64,000 nucleotides of DNA from Opitutales bacterium (GCA_965197745.1 CBDANS010000005.1:64001-128000); one strand, 5' to 3'; numbered from the stretch's first letter, positions 19,280 to 29,666 are shown. Numbers and translations are program-made. The notes: a model not told the origin generated them from the letters alone.

Positions 19280-21473
19280 TCTCGATGAAGGGATGCAGGA
19301 TCTACAGACGGCAGCGGCGATCGAACCCGATCGGTCATTATTGCGCAGCTATCTGGCAAAGGCGTTTTCTGATGCCAGGGTATTTTCTTTCGCCGCCAAT
19401 GAATTAATGCTGGCCGAAAATCTCGACCCCAATGATCCCACACCCTGGCTTTTTTCCGCGCTCTTGAATCAAAAAATAAACCGTTACAATGTCGCGGTCC
19501 AGGACTTGGAACGGTCTATATCCCTTAATGAAAACCGAAGGCTCTATCGATCGAAATTTCTACTCGACGGGGATCAGGCCGTCCGTGGCGCTAATCTTGC
19601 GGCTATTTACAATAACGTGGGGATGCGAGAAATCAGTATTCGTGAAGCGCATCGCGCCGTGCAGAATGATTATACAAATTACTCCGCGCACCTCTTCCTG
19701 GCGAACAGTTACGATGCATTGCGCGATCCGCGAAGGTTCCAACTCCGGTTTGAAACGCCGTGGGCCAATGAATTACTCTTGGCCAATCTCCTCTCACCGG
19801 CGAGCGCGGGTACTCTTTCTCAACATGTCTCTCAGCAGGAATACACACCTCTTTTTGAGAGGCAACGCTTAGGGTTTAATGCGCATAGCACCTATCAAAG
19901 CCATGGAGAATTTCGCCAACAATTTACGCAATACGGTCTCTTCGGAAATACCAGTTATGCCGTAGATTTTGACTATCATACTTTTGACGGGTTTCGCCTT
20001 AACAATGAATTTGACCGCATTGAGGTTTTTACCCAACTCAAGCATCAACTCACATCGCAGGGCACCCTGTTTCTGCAGTTAAAATTTCAGGATTTTGACG
20101 GAGGTGATGTTTCACAGGTGCAGGATAATTCCCAACTACGGGAGCATTTTCAATTTGAAGAAGAACAATTGCCTCTTGTCTTTGCCGGTTATCATCACCG
20201 TTGGTCACCGGGTGTCGATACCCTGTTTCTTTTTGGACGACTTACCGATGACCTGATGGTTAGAGATCGCCAGGTCCCTCAACTCATTCTCAGCACCAAT
20301 GATGCGGGCGATAACATTGTTTTACCTTCCGCCGATATGGATTTATTTTATCGCAATGAATTGGAGATTTACTCAGCGGAGATAAATCAGATATTCCAGT
20401 TCGACAAGGTGACACTAATTGCGGGCTTGCGCTACCAGGATGGGGATTTTGAAGTCGAGAATAGACTCAATGGGATTACACCCATACAGCAACCCTTCTT
20501 TGACGATCCGCCTGCGGACTTAAGATTTGTAGAAGACTTCACCCGGACTAATCTCTATATCTATTCACTCTGGGAGCTGCTCAATGATTTTACGATTACC
20601 GCGGGGGTCGCCTACGACGATATAGAATATCCTTTTAATTTTTTAACTTCCCCTGTCAGCGGTGGTGAATTGGGGGATGAACTGGTCTCACCCAAGATTG
20701 GCATGAATTGGGAGGTGTATGATCGGATCAGTTTACGCAGTGCTTACAGCCAATCGCTAGGAGGATTTAGTTTTGATCAAAGTGTGCGTCTTGAGCCCAG
20801 CCAGATATCCGGTTTTACCCAGGGGTTTCGCTCCCTTATCTCCGAATCCGCGGTGGGCGCGGTACCTGCGGCCGAATTTGAAGTCACCGGGTTAGGCCTC
20901 ACAATTAATATTGATGCCCAAACTTATCTCGATCTTCATATCGCCATTCGCGAAGCTGATGTCGAGCGCTTTGACGGCGTATTCAATGATACCGGAAGCA
21001 TGCTTTTCAAGCCAGGGGTCATCCGGGAGATTCTCAATTACGAGGAGGATAATCTGACCCTGACTTTGAACCGCCTCATCGGTGAGGCGTGGTCACTGGG
21101 CGTGCGTTATGAATATATGCGCTCTGATCTCGACCAGAATTTTGATTCAATCCCCGACGCACAATTTAATTTCCGCTCCACCTTACATCAGGTAAATCTA
21201 TTTGCGATCATGAATCATCCCTCAGGCTGGCACGCAAAAGCAGAGGGCAAGTGGCTGAACCAGGAGAATCGAGGGTTTTTACCCGATTTCGGGGATGAGG
21301 AAATTTTCCAGATTGATGCCTTTTTCGGTTATCGAGCACCCGGACAACAGTGGAAATTGACGACAGGAATCCTTAATTTAACGGATGAGAATTACCGTCT
21401 TAATCCCTTAAATTCATTTTTAGAGTTACCACGAGAAATATCTTTCTTTGTCCAGTTCGATCTTAATCTATAA
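19218..21473 (+). CDS. TPR repeats plus TonB-dependent-receptor-like beta-barrel (3' part of the frameshifted receptor)
   Basis: LDPNDPTPW TPR; amphipathic beta strands; SPKIG; NLTDENY...PRE C-terminal barrel motif. Confidence 0.75.
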   Translation: MMGHWPMPGWERGLTQIRGNDLDEGMQDLQTAAAIEPDRSLLRSYLAKAFSDARVFSFAANELMLAENLDPNDPTPWLFSALLNQKINRYNVAVQDLERSISLNENRRLYRSKFLLDGDQAVRGANLAAIYNNVGMREISIREAHRAVQNDYTNYSAHLFLANSYDALRDPRRFQLRFETPWANELLLANLLSPASAGTLSQHVSQQEYTPLFERQRLGFNAHSTYQSHGEFRQQFTQYGLFGNTSYAVDFDYHTFDGFRLNNEFDRIEVFTQLKHQLTSQGTLFLQLKFQDFDGGDVSQVQDNSQLREHFQFEEEQLPLVFAGYHHRWSPGVDTLFLFGRLTDDLMVRDRQVPQLILSTNDAGDNIVLPSADMDLFYRNELEIYSAEINQIFQFDKVTLIAGLRYQDGDFEVENRLNGITPIQQPFFDDPPADLRFVEDFTRTNLYIYSLWELLNDFTITAGVAYDDIEYPFNFLTSPVSGGELGDELVSPKIGMNWEVYDRISLRSAYSQSLGGFSFDQSVRLEPSQISGFTQGFRSLISESAVGAVPAAEFEVTGLGLTINIDAQTYLDLHIAIREADVERFDGVFNDTGSMLFKPGVIREILNYEEDNLTLTLNRLIGEAWSLGVRYEYMRSDLDQNFDSIPDAQFNFRSTLHQVNLFAIMNHPSGWHAKAEGKWLNQENRGFLPDFGDEEIFQIDAFFGYRAPGQQWKLTTGILNLTDENYRLNPLNSFLELPREISFFVQFDLNL

Positions 21474-21490
21474 AGCGTTCACAATACTTA

Positions 21491-23476
21491 ATGAACCTTT
21501 TAAGAAATAAATGGGCTAAATATATCTAGGGCGTTCTTCTTGTTGTCGGTGTAGGACTGCTCTTCATCTTTCTCCCGGTGGGAAATAAATTAAGGTATAG
21601 AAGCTATGATTTTTTATTTCTCTTTAATAGACAGCAGCCCCCTGAAGACATGGTCCTTGTTTATATGGATGAACAATCGCATCATGAACTTGATCAACCG
21701 TATGACAAAACCTGGAATCGACACTTGCATGCCGAGTTACTTAATAAAATTACAGCGCAGGGGGCGCGTCTGGTTTTTTATGATATCATCTTTGAGATGC
21801 TCAGTTCCGATGAAAGCAGCGACACTGCGCTGGCGCAGGCTTTTGCCAGTAATGGTTCCGTTGTTCTCGCCGGAAGTTTAACCCAGAGGAGAGAGTTATT
21901 ATCGAGCCAGGTAATTATTATTCCACCCGAAGCAGGTTTTCGACGTGCCTCTCGAGCCTGGGGGGTGCTGCAATTGGATGCGGTCAACCCACGTTTAATA
22001 TTAACCGGCACCACCGACCATGAATCGGCGACCTGGAAAGCGGCCGCTATTCTCGATCCCGGTTTAAACGAACGGGAAGAAGATCGACTGAGTGAGCGGT
22101 GGATAAATTATTTAGGTCCCCCCGATTCCTTTAATTCGATCAGTTTTTATAAGGCCTACTTAGAAGAAGAAGAAAGCAGAGATTTATTTAAAGACAAAAT
22201 TGTCTTTATAGGTTCAAGATATATTACGGGTTTTACGGGAACAACTAAAGACACATTCTTTACCCCTTATTCCCTTTTGGGTTTCCCTCCTGCCAATGGG
22301 ATTGAGATTCATGCTAATGCCCTGACCAATATTATTGAAGGTAATTGGTTGACCCGCCTGGATCACGGAGTGGAATCCGCCATTGTCGCGGTATACGGGA
22401 TATTAATCAGTCTTTTATTAGTATTATTGACACCGAGAATTGGCATCATCGTCACTATTCTGGCAAGCATTGGTGTCGCCGTTTCTTCTATTTTGTTAAG
22501 TTGGCAAACCCTGACATTTTACAGCTGGTTGGTTCCAGCGGGGGTTCAGACAATGACTGCTTTTATCTGGGCGGTAGGGACAAAATACTACCAGGAAACG
22601 AGAAGAAAACTAAGGCTTAAAAAAGCCTTTTCAGCCTATCTCTCACCGGTCATGGCTCAACAGGCAGCGGAGAGTGATGTCGATTATACGCCCGGTGGAG
22701 AACTGAAAGAAGTGACGATATTATTTACCGACCTTGAAGGATTTACAACGCTATCAGACAGTTCTAACCCCGGTGAGATATCTGAAATACTAAACACTTA
22801 TTTCAGCCTGACCAGTAATCATGTATTACAAGAAAATGGGACCATACTAAAATATATCGGAGATGCGGTCTTCGCGGTGTGGGGCGCTCCTCTCGAAGAT
22901 CCGAATCAGGCGAATAATGCAGTCAAAGCGGCATTGGGAATGATAGAATCAACCCGGGATAAAAAAATATACGGGTATCCATTACGAACCCGCATTGGAA
23001 TAAGCAGCGGCAGTTGCCTGGCCGGAAACCTGGGATCGGATTTAAGATTTGATTACACAGTCATCGGCGATGAAGTGAACCTGGCTTCGCGGCTGGAGGG
23101 ACTGAATAAATATACGGGCACCGACATAGTCGTGTCTGAAACCACGGCAAATCAATTATCAGACAAGTATAAAATGCGACTGATGGGAAGTTTTCTTCTC
23201 GTGGGAAAAGAAAAAGCGGTGGAAGTTTTTGAAATACTGGGAGAAAGTAATGGAGCGGAGCCGCAGCCGGAGTGGCAGAAATATTACGCGGAGGGCCTTT
23301 CCTTATTTTCAGAGAGAAAGTTTAATGAAGCGAAAAGCTGCTTTCAAAGAACCATTGACAGCCGGCCGGAAGGAGATGGTCCCTCTGAATTTCTTCTTAA
23401 CCAGATCAACTTACTTTCCAACGACAAAGAATTACCCAAAAATTGGAAGGGTGAAATCATACTATCCGGTAAATAA
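21491..23476 (+). pseudogene. CHASE2-domain class III adenylate cyclase with a premature TAG at codon 13; ORF from 21578 is intact
   Basis: ATG 21491 MNLLRNKWAKYI*GVLLVVGVGLLFIF is in frame with the 21578 ORF; CHASE2 (W.R..HA.L, YDIIF, GIEIHA); three TMs; LFTDLEGFT, KYIGDAV, DYTVIGDEVNLASRLE. Confidence 0.82.
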
Positions 23477-23606
23477 CATTATTTATCGATCCCTGCGCGC
23501 AGGGGGTCTTGATTATATGGGGTTGACCCAGATTCCGGAATTAGAAGGCTATAATATGCGTGATCGTGTCTAAACTGAGAAATAACCTTTTAAAAGGAGA
23601 ACTGAA

Positions 23607-24380
23607 ATGAGACGGAGCTTGATACTCGAAAAATTAAAACGCAGTGAATACGTCGTAATTACTCAGTCGTGGATTTTGCCGCACTGGAAGATGGTAGATA
23701 TGATGGGCACAGTTGGCTTTGATGGCGTTTGGATAGAAAATGAACACAGCGATTTTAATTACAGCGAAATTTCTCAGATGATACTGGCGGCTAGGGCTCA
23801 TGATATGGATTCCATTGTTCGCGTTGAGCGATGTGGTTATACGGGTATCATTAAACCGCTCGAAGCAGGTGCCACGGGTTTAGTTATTCCTCAAGTCGTA
23901 GATGGGGAGGATGCAAAATCGATTGTCCGCGACGCCAAGTACAGCCCTATGGGTCTTCGTGGAGCCGGTGGTAGCACGGATTCGGTATATGGCACTCAGG
24001 CCCGGGGTGAGTATATTGAGCAATCGATTCGCGAAACATTTGTCGCGGCCCTCATCGAAAACAAAAATGCAATTGAATCAATCGATGCGATTGCGGCAAC
24101 GGAAGGCATCGATATGCTATTATTTGGACCGGGAGACCTCTCCCAAAGTTATGGTATATTCGGACAATCTGACCATCCGTTGATTGAAAAAGCAATGGAT
24201 GCTATGGCAGAGGCCTGTGCAAAGCACGGAAAATGGTGGGGTGCCCCTGTTTCGAATCGCGAACAGGCGGAAGCCATTCTCAAACGCGGCGCTCGCATTA
24301 TACAAACGGTTAATGAACAGGAAGTGATAGTCTCGGGATTTAAAAAGTTAAAGGAAGATTTTAAGGATATTAAGATTTAA
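23607..24380 (+). CDS. HpcH/HpaI aldolase family protein
   Basis: GFDGVWIENEH, VRV, YSPMGLRG, IE, FGPGDLS; strong RBS AAAGGAGA. Confidence 0.9.
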   Translation: MRRSLILEKLKRSEYVVITQSWILPHWKMVDMMGTVGFDGVWIENEHSDFNYSEISQMILAARAHDMDSIVRVERCGYTGIIKPLEAGATGLVIPQVVDGEDAKSIVRDAKYSPMGLRGAGGSTDSVYGTQARGEYIEQSIRETFVAALIENKNAIESIDAIAATEGIDMLLFGPGDLSQSYGIFGQSDHPLIEKAMDAMAEACAKHGKWWGAPVSNREQAEAILKRGARIIQTVNEQEVIVSGFKKLKEDFKDIKI

Positions 24381-24458
24381 GGTGCCAGTTCTGATTGCCC
24401 TGCTACCGATAGATCTAATCCAGCTTACATAATTTAATGTGGGAAAAAAGGAAGGCAT

Positions 24459-25697
24459 ATGCCAGGTACTGCTATTACCGATCTGGAAGATTATAAATCG
24501 TTTTGTGAATGGGGATTGAGCGACCCATACCCACTCATGCACCGTTTACGCACCGAGGATCCCGTGCATTGGAATGAGCGTATTGAAGGTTGGATGCTTA
24601 CCCGTTACGATGATGTCTTGAAGAGTTACCGAGACCCGCGACTCAATTCTGACCGCGCGTCAATTAATATGAGGTCCCTCCCTGAATCACTGCGAAATAA
24701 ATATCAAACTTTAGGGGAACATGTGTCGAATTGGCTGGGCTTTACCGATCCCCCTAAGCACACGCGGCTCCGCAATCTGGTGGGCAAGGCATTCACTCCT
24801 AGAGTTACACTGAAGTTGCGCCCGCGCATCCAGCGAATCACTAATAATTTACTCGAACAAGCAGAGAAAAAAGGGAGGATAGATTTGATCAATGACTATG
24901 CTTTTCGACTACCTGCAACAGTGATCTGTGAGTTGTTGGGTATCCCCGCTGACCATCAGGATAAATTTCGTGAATGCACCGAATATATGGCTGCCTTTGT
25001 CGGCAGCATGGGTCCTGAAATGATAAAAATAGCCGACCGGGCTAACGAAAGTTATAATCAACTCGCTGAATATTTTCGTGAGCTCGCGGCCGACCGACGT
25101 CGCGAACCGAAAGATGATTTAATAAGTATTCTGGCCAGAGTTGATGAGGACGGAGACACTCTCGATGAAAAAGAGCTTTTGGGGATGGCCGTTTTTCTCT
25201 TCGTGGCCGGCCATGAGACTACCGTATGTTTAATCGGTAACGGGCTCCTCTTACTTTTTCAACACCCCGAAGAACGGGAAAAACTGAAGTGTGACCCGTC
25301 ACTGTTAGAAACGGCTGTGGAGGAATTTCTCAGGTTCGAACCCCCTATATTATTGAACACCCGCTTAGCGTCTGAAGATATTGAACTTCGTGGTAAGCAC
25401 ATCAAGAGAGGGCAAGCGGTGCTACTGATGATGAGTGCGGCAAACCGGGATCCCGATCAATTTCCAGACCCGGACCGACTCGACATCGGGAGAAAGGATA
25501 ATCAACACCTGGCATTCGGATATGGACATCACGTGTGTATCGGAGCTACTCTTGCACGTCTTGAAGCGCAAATAGCTATCCAATCCATATTAAACCGGTT
25601 CCCGGATTTACGCTTGGAGAAAAACAATTTCCAGTGTAATTGGCGCCGCAATTTATCATTGCGCATGCCTTTATCCTTACCAGCATTATTTAATTAG
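24459..25697 (+). CDS. Cytochrome P450
   Basis: DPPKHTRLR, AGHETT, EFLR (ExxR), heme ligand FGYGHHVCIG. Confidence 0.96.
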   Translation: MPGTAITDLEDYKSFCEWGLSDPYPLMHRLRTEDPVHWNERIEGWMLTRYDDVLKSYRDPRLNSDRASINMRSLPESLRNKYQTLGEHVSNWLGFTDPPKHTRLRNLVGKAFTPRVTLKLRPRIQRITNNLLEQAEKKGRIDLINDYAFRLPATVICELLGIPADHQDKFRECTEYMAAFVGSMGPEMIKIADRANESYNQLAEYFRELAADRRREPKDDLISILARVDEDGDTLDEKELLGMAVFLFVAGHETTVCLIGNGLLLLFQHPEEREKLKCDPSLLETAVEEFLRFEPPILLNTRLASEDIELRGKHIKRGQAVLLMMSAANRDPDQFPDPDRLDIGRKDNQHLAFGYGHHVCIGATLARLEAQIAIQSILNRFPDLRLEKNNFQCNWRRNLSLRMPLSLPALFN

Positions 25698-25787
25698 TAT
25701 CCGGGTTTAAATAGTTAAGTATTTACTTATGAAAGAGAAAAAATAACATTCTGGATGAGTGAACGAGTAAATACAGAATTGAGTTGA

Positions 25788-26597
25788 ATGAGCATGCAAA
25801 CAGCGATCAAATATGACATTGAGCAACATTTAGAGGAATGGAAAATTAATGGCTTTACCGTTTTTGAAGACTTGATTCCTCACGATGTTATCGACCGTAT
25901 ACGCGAGGCGTGGATCCCTTACCGTGATGGGGAGATCAAAAAACATGATCCTGATCTATTAATAAAGTGCTACAATTTTACCGTCCCCTTTGAACGCCCC
26001 TTTGTCGATCCGGTTATATTTGAGCATCCGGCAATTGTCGCATTCCTCGAGCGAGTGCTTGGACCTAACTATGTATGTTCCGGTTTTGATTCCAACACCC
26101 CTTTTCCCGGTGTCGATTACCAGGAATGGCATCGCGATACCCCCCTGCTATTTTCTGATTTGATGACACCCGCATATAATATTGGAGTAAAATTCCCACT
26201 GGTCGATACCTCTGAAGAGAATGGCAGTTTTGAAGTCATCCCTTCAACCCAGTATCTGGCCGGTCCAGGATTATGCGAGAGAGAAGTAAACGGGCGAAAA
26301 AATAAATGGTTTGACAACGTTTTCGGAAAAGACGCGGAACGTAAAGGCCGCTTCTACCCAGTGCGGTTGAATTTAAAAAAAGGTTCACTTTGGGTGCAGG
26401 ACGGCCGTGCATTTCATCGGGGAACACCCAACAAATCAGATCACACTCGGGATGAACTTTGTTTTGATTTCAGTTGCCCCTGGTTTAACAGCAATTGGAC
26501 AAATGCATATACGGAGAAACATATGTCACGGGATCTTTGGGATAGTTTATCTAATCACGCGCGTCAGGTGATGCGCTGGAAACGGATTATAGATTAA
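25788..26597 (+). CDS. Phytanoyl-CoA dioxygenase (PhyH) family Fe(II)/2-oxoglutarate dioxygenase
   Basis: QEWHRD (HxD), PLVD...ENG, FHRG.PN.S...R. Confidence 0.9.
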   Translation: MSMQTAIKYDIEQHLEEWKINGFTVFEDLIPHDVIDRIREAWIPYRDGEIKKHDPDLLIKCYNFTVPFERPFVDPVIFEHPAIVAFLERVLGPNYVCSGFDSNTPFPGVDYQEWHRDTPLLFSDLMTPAYNIGVKFPLVDTSEENGSFEVIPSTQYLAGPGLCEREVNGRKNKWFDNVFGKDAERKGRFYPVRLNLKKGSLWVQDGRAFHRGTPNKSDHTRDELCFDFSCPWFNSNWTNAYTEKHMSRDLWDSLSNHARQVMRWKRIID

Positions 26598-26636
26598 GGG
26601 GATGAAAATCTTTTATGATTAGAAAAGAGTAATGAT

Positions 26637-27446
26637 ATGAGCGTGGCAACCGAGTATAATGTCGACCAACTTGTAGAAGAATACAAAATTAACGGATTCG
26701 TTGTTTTTGAAGACCTGATCCCCCCGGAAACTCTAGACCGGATATATGAGGCGTGGGTCCCGATTCGAGACCGGGAGATTGAAAGACAAGGGAACAATCC
26801 CAACCGAGGTCCCAACCGTTATTGCATCCATATTCCTTTTGAATGCCCCTTTGTTGACGAGGAGATTTTTGGTCATCCCGCACTCGTGAAATTTTTTGAA
26901 AAAATACTAGGAGACGATTATGTTTGTGAAGGTTTTGACTCGAATACTCCTTTCCCAGGATCCGTGTACCAAAAATGGCATCGCGACGTGGCATTGATCT
27001 TTCCCGGTTTGATGACACCGGCAATAAATGTCGCTCTTAGAATTCCGCTCGTAGATGCAACTGAGGATAACGGCAGCATCGAAGTGATACCCTCAAGTCA
27101 CTATATCGCTGATGAAGAGGTTTGTTATAAGGAGATCGAGGGGAGAAGAGGGAAGTGGTTCGACAATATATTTGGAGAGGGTCCTGAGAGGAAGGGTCGG
27201 TACTACCCTGTCCGTCTCAATGTGAAACGCGGATCAGTTTGGCTATGTGATCCCCGCATTTTCCACCGTGGAACACCTAACGTCTCAGATCATTCTCGCG
27301 ATGAACTCAGCATGGGATTCAGCCGACCCTGGTTATTCAATCAATGGCTGCATGATAATACGGAGAAGAATTTCCCCCGCGATCTCTGGGACAGCCTCTC
27401 TGATCACGCTCGACAGGTGATGCGGTTGCAACGCGTGATGGATTAG
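26637..27446 (+). CDS. PhyH family Fe(II)/2-oxoglutarate dioxygenase, tandem paralog
   Basis: QKWHRD, FHRGTPN; near-colinear with the upstream gene (shared GFDSNTPFPG, RDLWDSLS.HARQVMR). Confidence 0.9.
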   Translation: MSVATEYNVDQLVEEYKINGFVVFEDLIPPETLDRIYEAWVPIRDREIERQGNNPNRGPNRYCIHIPFECPFVDEEIFGHPALVKFFEKILGDDYVCEGFDSNTPFPGSVYQKWHRDVALIFPGLMTPAINVALRIPLVDATEDNGSIEVIPSSHYIADEEVCYKEIEGRRGKWFDNIFGEGPERKGRYYPVRLNVKRGSVWLCDPRIFHRGTPNVSDHSRDELSMGFSRPWLFNQWLHDNTEKNFPRDLWDSLSDHARQVMRLQRVMD

Positions 27447-27524
27447 TATTTTTGAATAATAGTTTGTATAATTGGAAGCAGATTGAATACGGTAGGTTAA
27501 ATTAAAGGAAGGGGGATAAAGAAG

Positions 27525-28391
27525 ATGGCTTTTGGAACCGGTAAATATACATATGAAGTAGAAGAGGGGTGGGGCAAACTACCCGATGGATGGGAATGGG
27601 GTTGGATCCCTGCCGTGGCATGCGATTCCCAGGACCGGGTGTTTGTTTATTCGCGGAGTAAACACCCCCTTGTTATATTCAACCGCGAAGGTGAATTCGT
27701 CGAATCGTGGGGAGAGGATGTATTAATAGATGCGCACGGTATTTACATCGATGGAGACGACAATGTTTTCTGTATCGAGCGAGATAATCACTGTATCTTT
27801 AAATTTAATAATAAAGGTGAACTGATAATGACGATCGGTAGACCAGGGATGCCAGCCGTGAGGGATGGTGATCCCTTTAACAAACCCACCGATCTGGCTG
27901 TAGCATCAACCGGTGAATTGTTTATTTCCGATGGTTACGGCAATCACCGGGTGCATAAGTACTCAGCTGATGGTGATTATATACTTTCATGGGGCGAGGG
28001 GGGAGAAGGGCCCGGCCAATTTGCGCTTTCGCATTGTGTCCGCCTGGATAAAGACGACCGCGTCTGGGTCTGTGATCGTGAAAACAACCGGATCCAGATT
28101 TTTGATAAAAACGGAAATTTTATAAGCGAGTGGACGGGGCTCCTGCAACCGGATACGATATACTTTGATCCTGAAGAGGATATACTTTATCTCGCTGAAC
28201 TGCAGCAGCAGGTTGGTATCTATACTTTAGATCACGAACTTATCACCCAATGGGGAGGCGCCAAAAGAAGTGACAAGCCAGGTGAATTTAAAGCTTGTCC
28301 TCACGGTATCTGGAAGGACTCGCACGGGGACTTATATGTTGGCCAGGTACAGGAAGATGGCCAGTTGCAGAAATTTGTGCGGCAGGGATAG
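27525..28391 (+). CDS. NHL-repeat protein, peptidyl-alpha-hydroxyglycine alpha-amidating lyase (PAL)-like
   Basis: AHGI, FNKPTD.AV, SDGYGNHRVHKY, VCDRENNRIQIFD, PHGI. Confidence 0.85.
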   Translation: MAFGTGKYTYEVEEGWGKLPDGWEWGWIPAVACDSQDRVFVYSRSKHPLVIFNREGEFVESWGEDVLIDAHGIYIDGDDNVFCIERDNHCIFKFNNKGELIMTIGRPGMPAVRDGDPFNKPTDLAVASTGELFISDGYGNHRVHKYSADGDYILSWGEGGEGPGQFALSHCVRLDKDDRVWVCDRENNRIQIFDKNGNFISEWTGLLQPDTIYFDPEEDILYLAELQQQVGIYTLDHELITQWGGAKRSDKPGEFKACPHGIWKDSHGDLYVGQVQEDGQLQKFVRQG

Positions 28392-28396
28392 AGGGG

Positions 28397-28452
28397 TATA
28401 TGCGGGAATGCGTGGAAGCGAATAAGCGGGAATGCGGTTATGCGTGGAAGCG
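28397..28452. repeat. Degenerate octamer array (nnnAWGCG)x7 between convergent stops
   Basis: tatatgcg ggaatgcg tggaagcg aataagcg ggaatgcg gttatgcg tggaagcg. Confidence 0.8.
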
Positions 28453-28459
28453 ATTCTGA

Positions 28460-29386
28460 TTACCCCTGGGCTATCCATGAGCCATCGGAGTTAGCTTTGT
28501 TAAAAGCGTCGCGAATTTTAATAATGGCCTCATCGGGAAGAGGACCCTTTTCGGCTGCCTGGATGTTCGCCTGGGTGTTCTGAGGGTTCGTTGTCCCGAT
28601 AATAGCAACGTGAACACCCGGTTGGCTGATCGTAAAGCGCAGGGCGATTTCCGGCCAGACTGCTTCCGGTGCCCCCTCGAAACTGAGATCAGCGGGATTG
28701 AGGTTCATTTTCTGCAAGCGCTCGGTATAGGTTTTGGCATAGTCTTTGTACAACCCCTGCTGGTCACTCAATTTTTTCCAGGCGGCATTAGCAATGGGGC
28801 GTTTTACCATTACCCCTATATTATTCTCTCTCGCCTTAGGTAATAGACCCTCAATATTGACCTGATCGGTGATGTTTATGGAGGTTTGAATGACTTTTAC
28901 ATCTTCAAGGGTCGCGGCATAGGCAACCGCTTCATTGTCTCCGGAATAGCCGGGAAATCGAATTTTACCGGCGTCGCGTGCTTCGACCAGCGCAGCTAGG
29001 GCATCCCCTTGCTTTAAAGTCTCCAAATCGCAGGTGTGAATAAGCATGACATCCAACCGATCGGTTTTAAGCCTTTGCAAAGAGCGATCGATGGTTTTGG
29101 TGATCAACGCAGGTGACCAGGCGGGATCATCAGATTCAGGTATCTGCCCCCCGCATTTGCTGACGAGGATATACTCATCACGACGTTGACTGATAGTTTT
29201 ACCGATCATTTCTTCAGACCCATAGTAGCCAGCTGCGGTATCTATAAGGTTGACGCCTGAATCAAGGAGAAGATTCAGTACTTTTGCCGTTCTTTCTTCT
29301 TCCGTATCCAACATGCCTATAGGGGCACCTCCAAATCCCAGCGGTGTGACTTCTAAACGGGTATTTCCAAATTTTCGTTTTTGCAT
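28460..29386 (-). CDS. Aldo/keto reductase, copy 1
   Basis: LGFGG, IDTA..Y..SE, SKCG, SLQRLKTD.LD...H, IIGT. Confidence 0.93.
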   Translation of the reverse strand: MQKRKFGNTRLEVTPLGFGGAPIGMLDTEEERTAKVLNLLLDSGVNLIDTAAGYYGSEEMIGKTISQRRDEYILVSKCGGQIPESDDPAWSPALITKTIDRSLQRLKTDRLDVMLIHTCDLETLKQGDALAALVEARDAGKIRFPGYSGDNEAVAYAATLEDVKVIQTSINITDQVNIEGLLPKARENNIGVMVKRPIANAAWKKLSDQQGLYKDYAKTYTERLQKMNLNPADLSFEGAPEAVWPEIALRFTISQPGVHVAIIGTTNPQNTQANIQAAEKGPLPDEAIIKIRDAFNKANSDGSWIAQG

Positions 29387-29569
29387 GGCAGGTTTTAATT
29401 GAACCTGATGTGTTTATCTACTACTCAGGATTTAATCTGATAATGTTCCAGTTCATCTTCAATATTTTTATCTTAATATTCTAATTTAAATTGAATTTGG
29501 AACTCAAGAAATCAAGAAAAGAAGGAATTGCTATCCCTATTATATTTTAAATTCGGGAATCTTCCAATG

Positions 29570-29666
29570 GTCATTGCGAGGGAGGCTATCAGCCGACCGC
29601 GGCTACCGAGCGCAGCGACATCTTCCACTCCAGGGGATTGCTTCGTCACGTTGCCTCTCGCAATGA
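29570..29666. repeat. GTCATTGCGAG...CTCGCAATGA palindromic repeat element, internally shortened copy
   Basis: Terminal inverted repeats shared with 13322-13442 and 31091-31224. Confidence 0.8.

Larger units (their letters stand above)
18032..21473 (+). pseudogene. FecR-TPR-beta-barrel outer-membrane receptor (NsrA-like architecture) split by a single-base insertion
   Basis: Removing one base at TGG CTG GGA AAG GGG G CTT ACC (about 19241-19262) joins ...LANAWLGKG to LTQIRG..., restoring a continuous TPR. Confidence 0.82.

Noticed and set aside
16799..21529. Amber (TAG) recoding or pyrrolysine to explain two in-frame TAGs
   Set aside because: TAG ends many ordinary genes here (1675, 9797, 27446, 28391, 37108, 39201), and the same module also has frameshifts.
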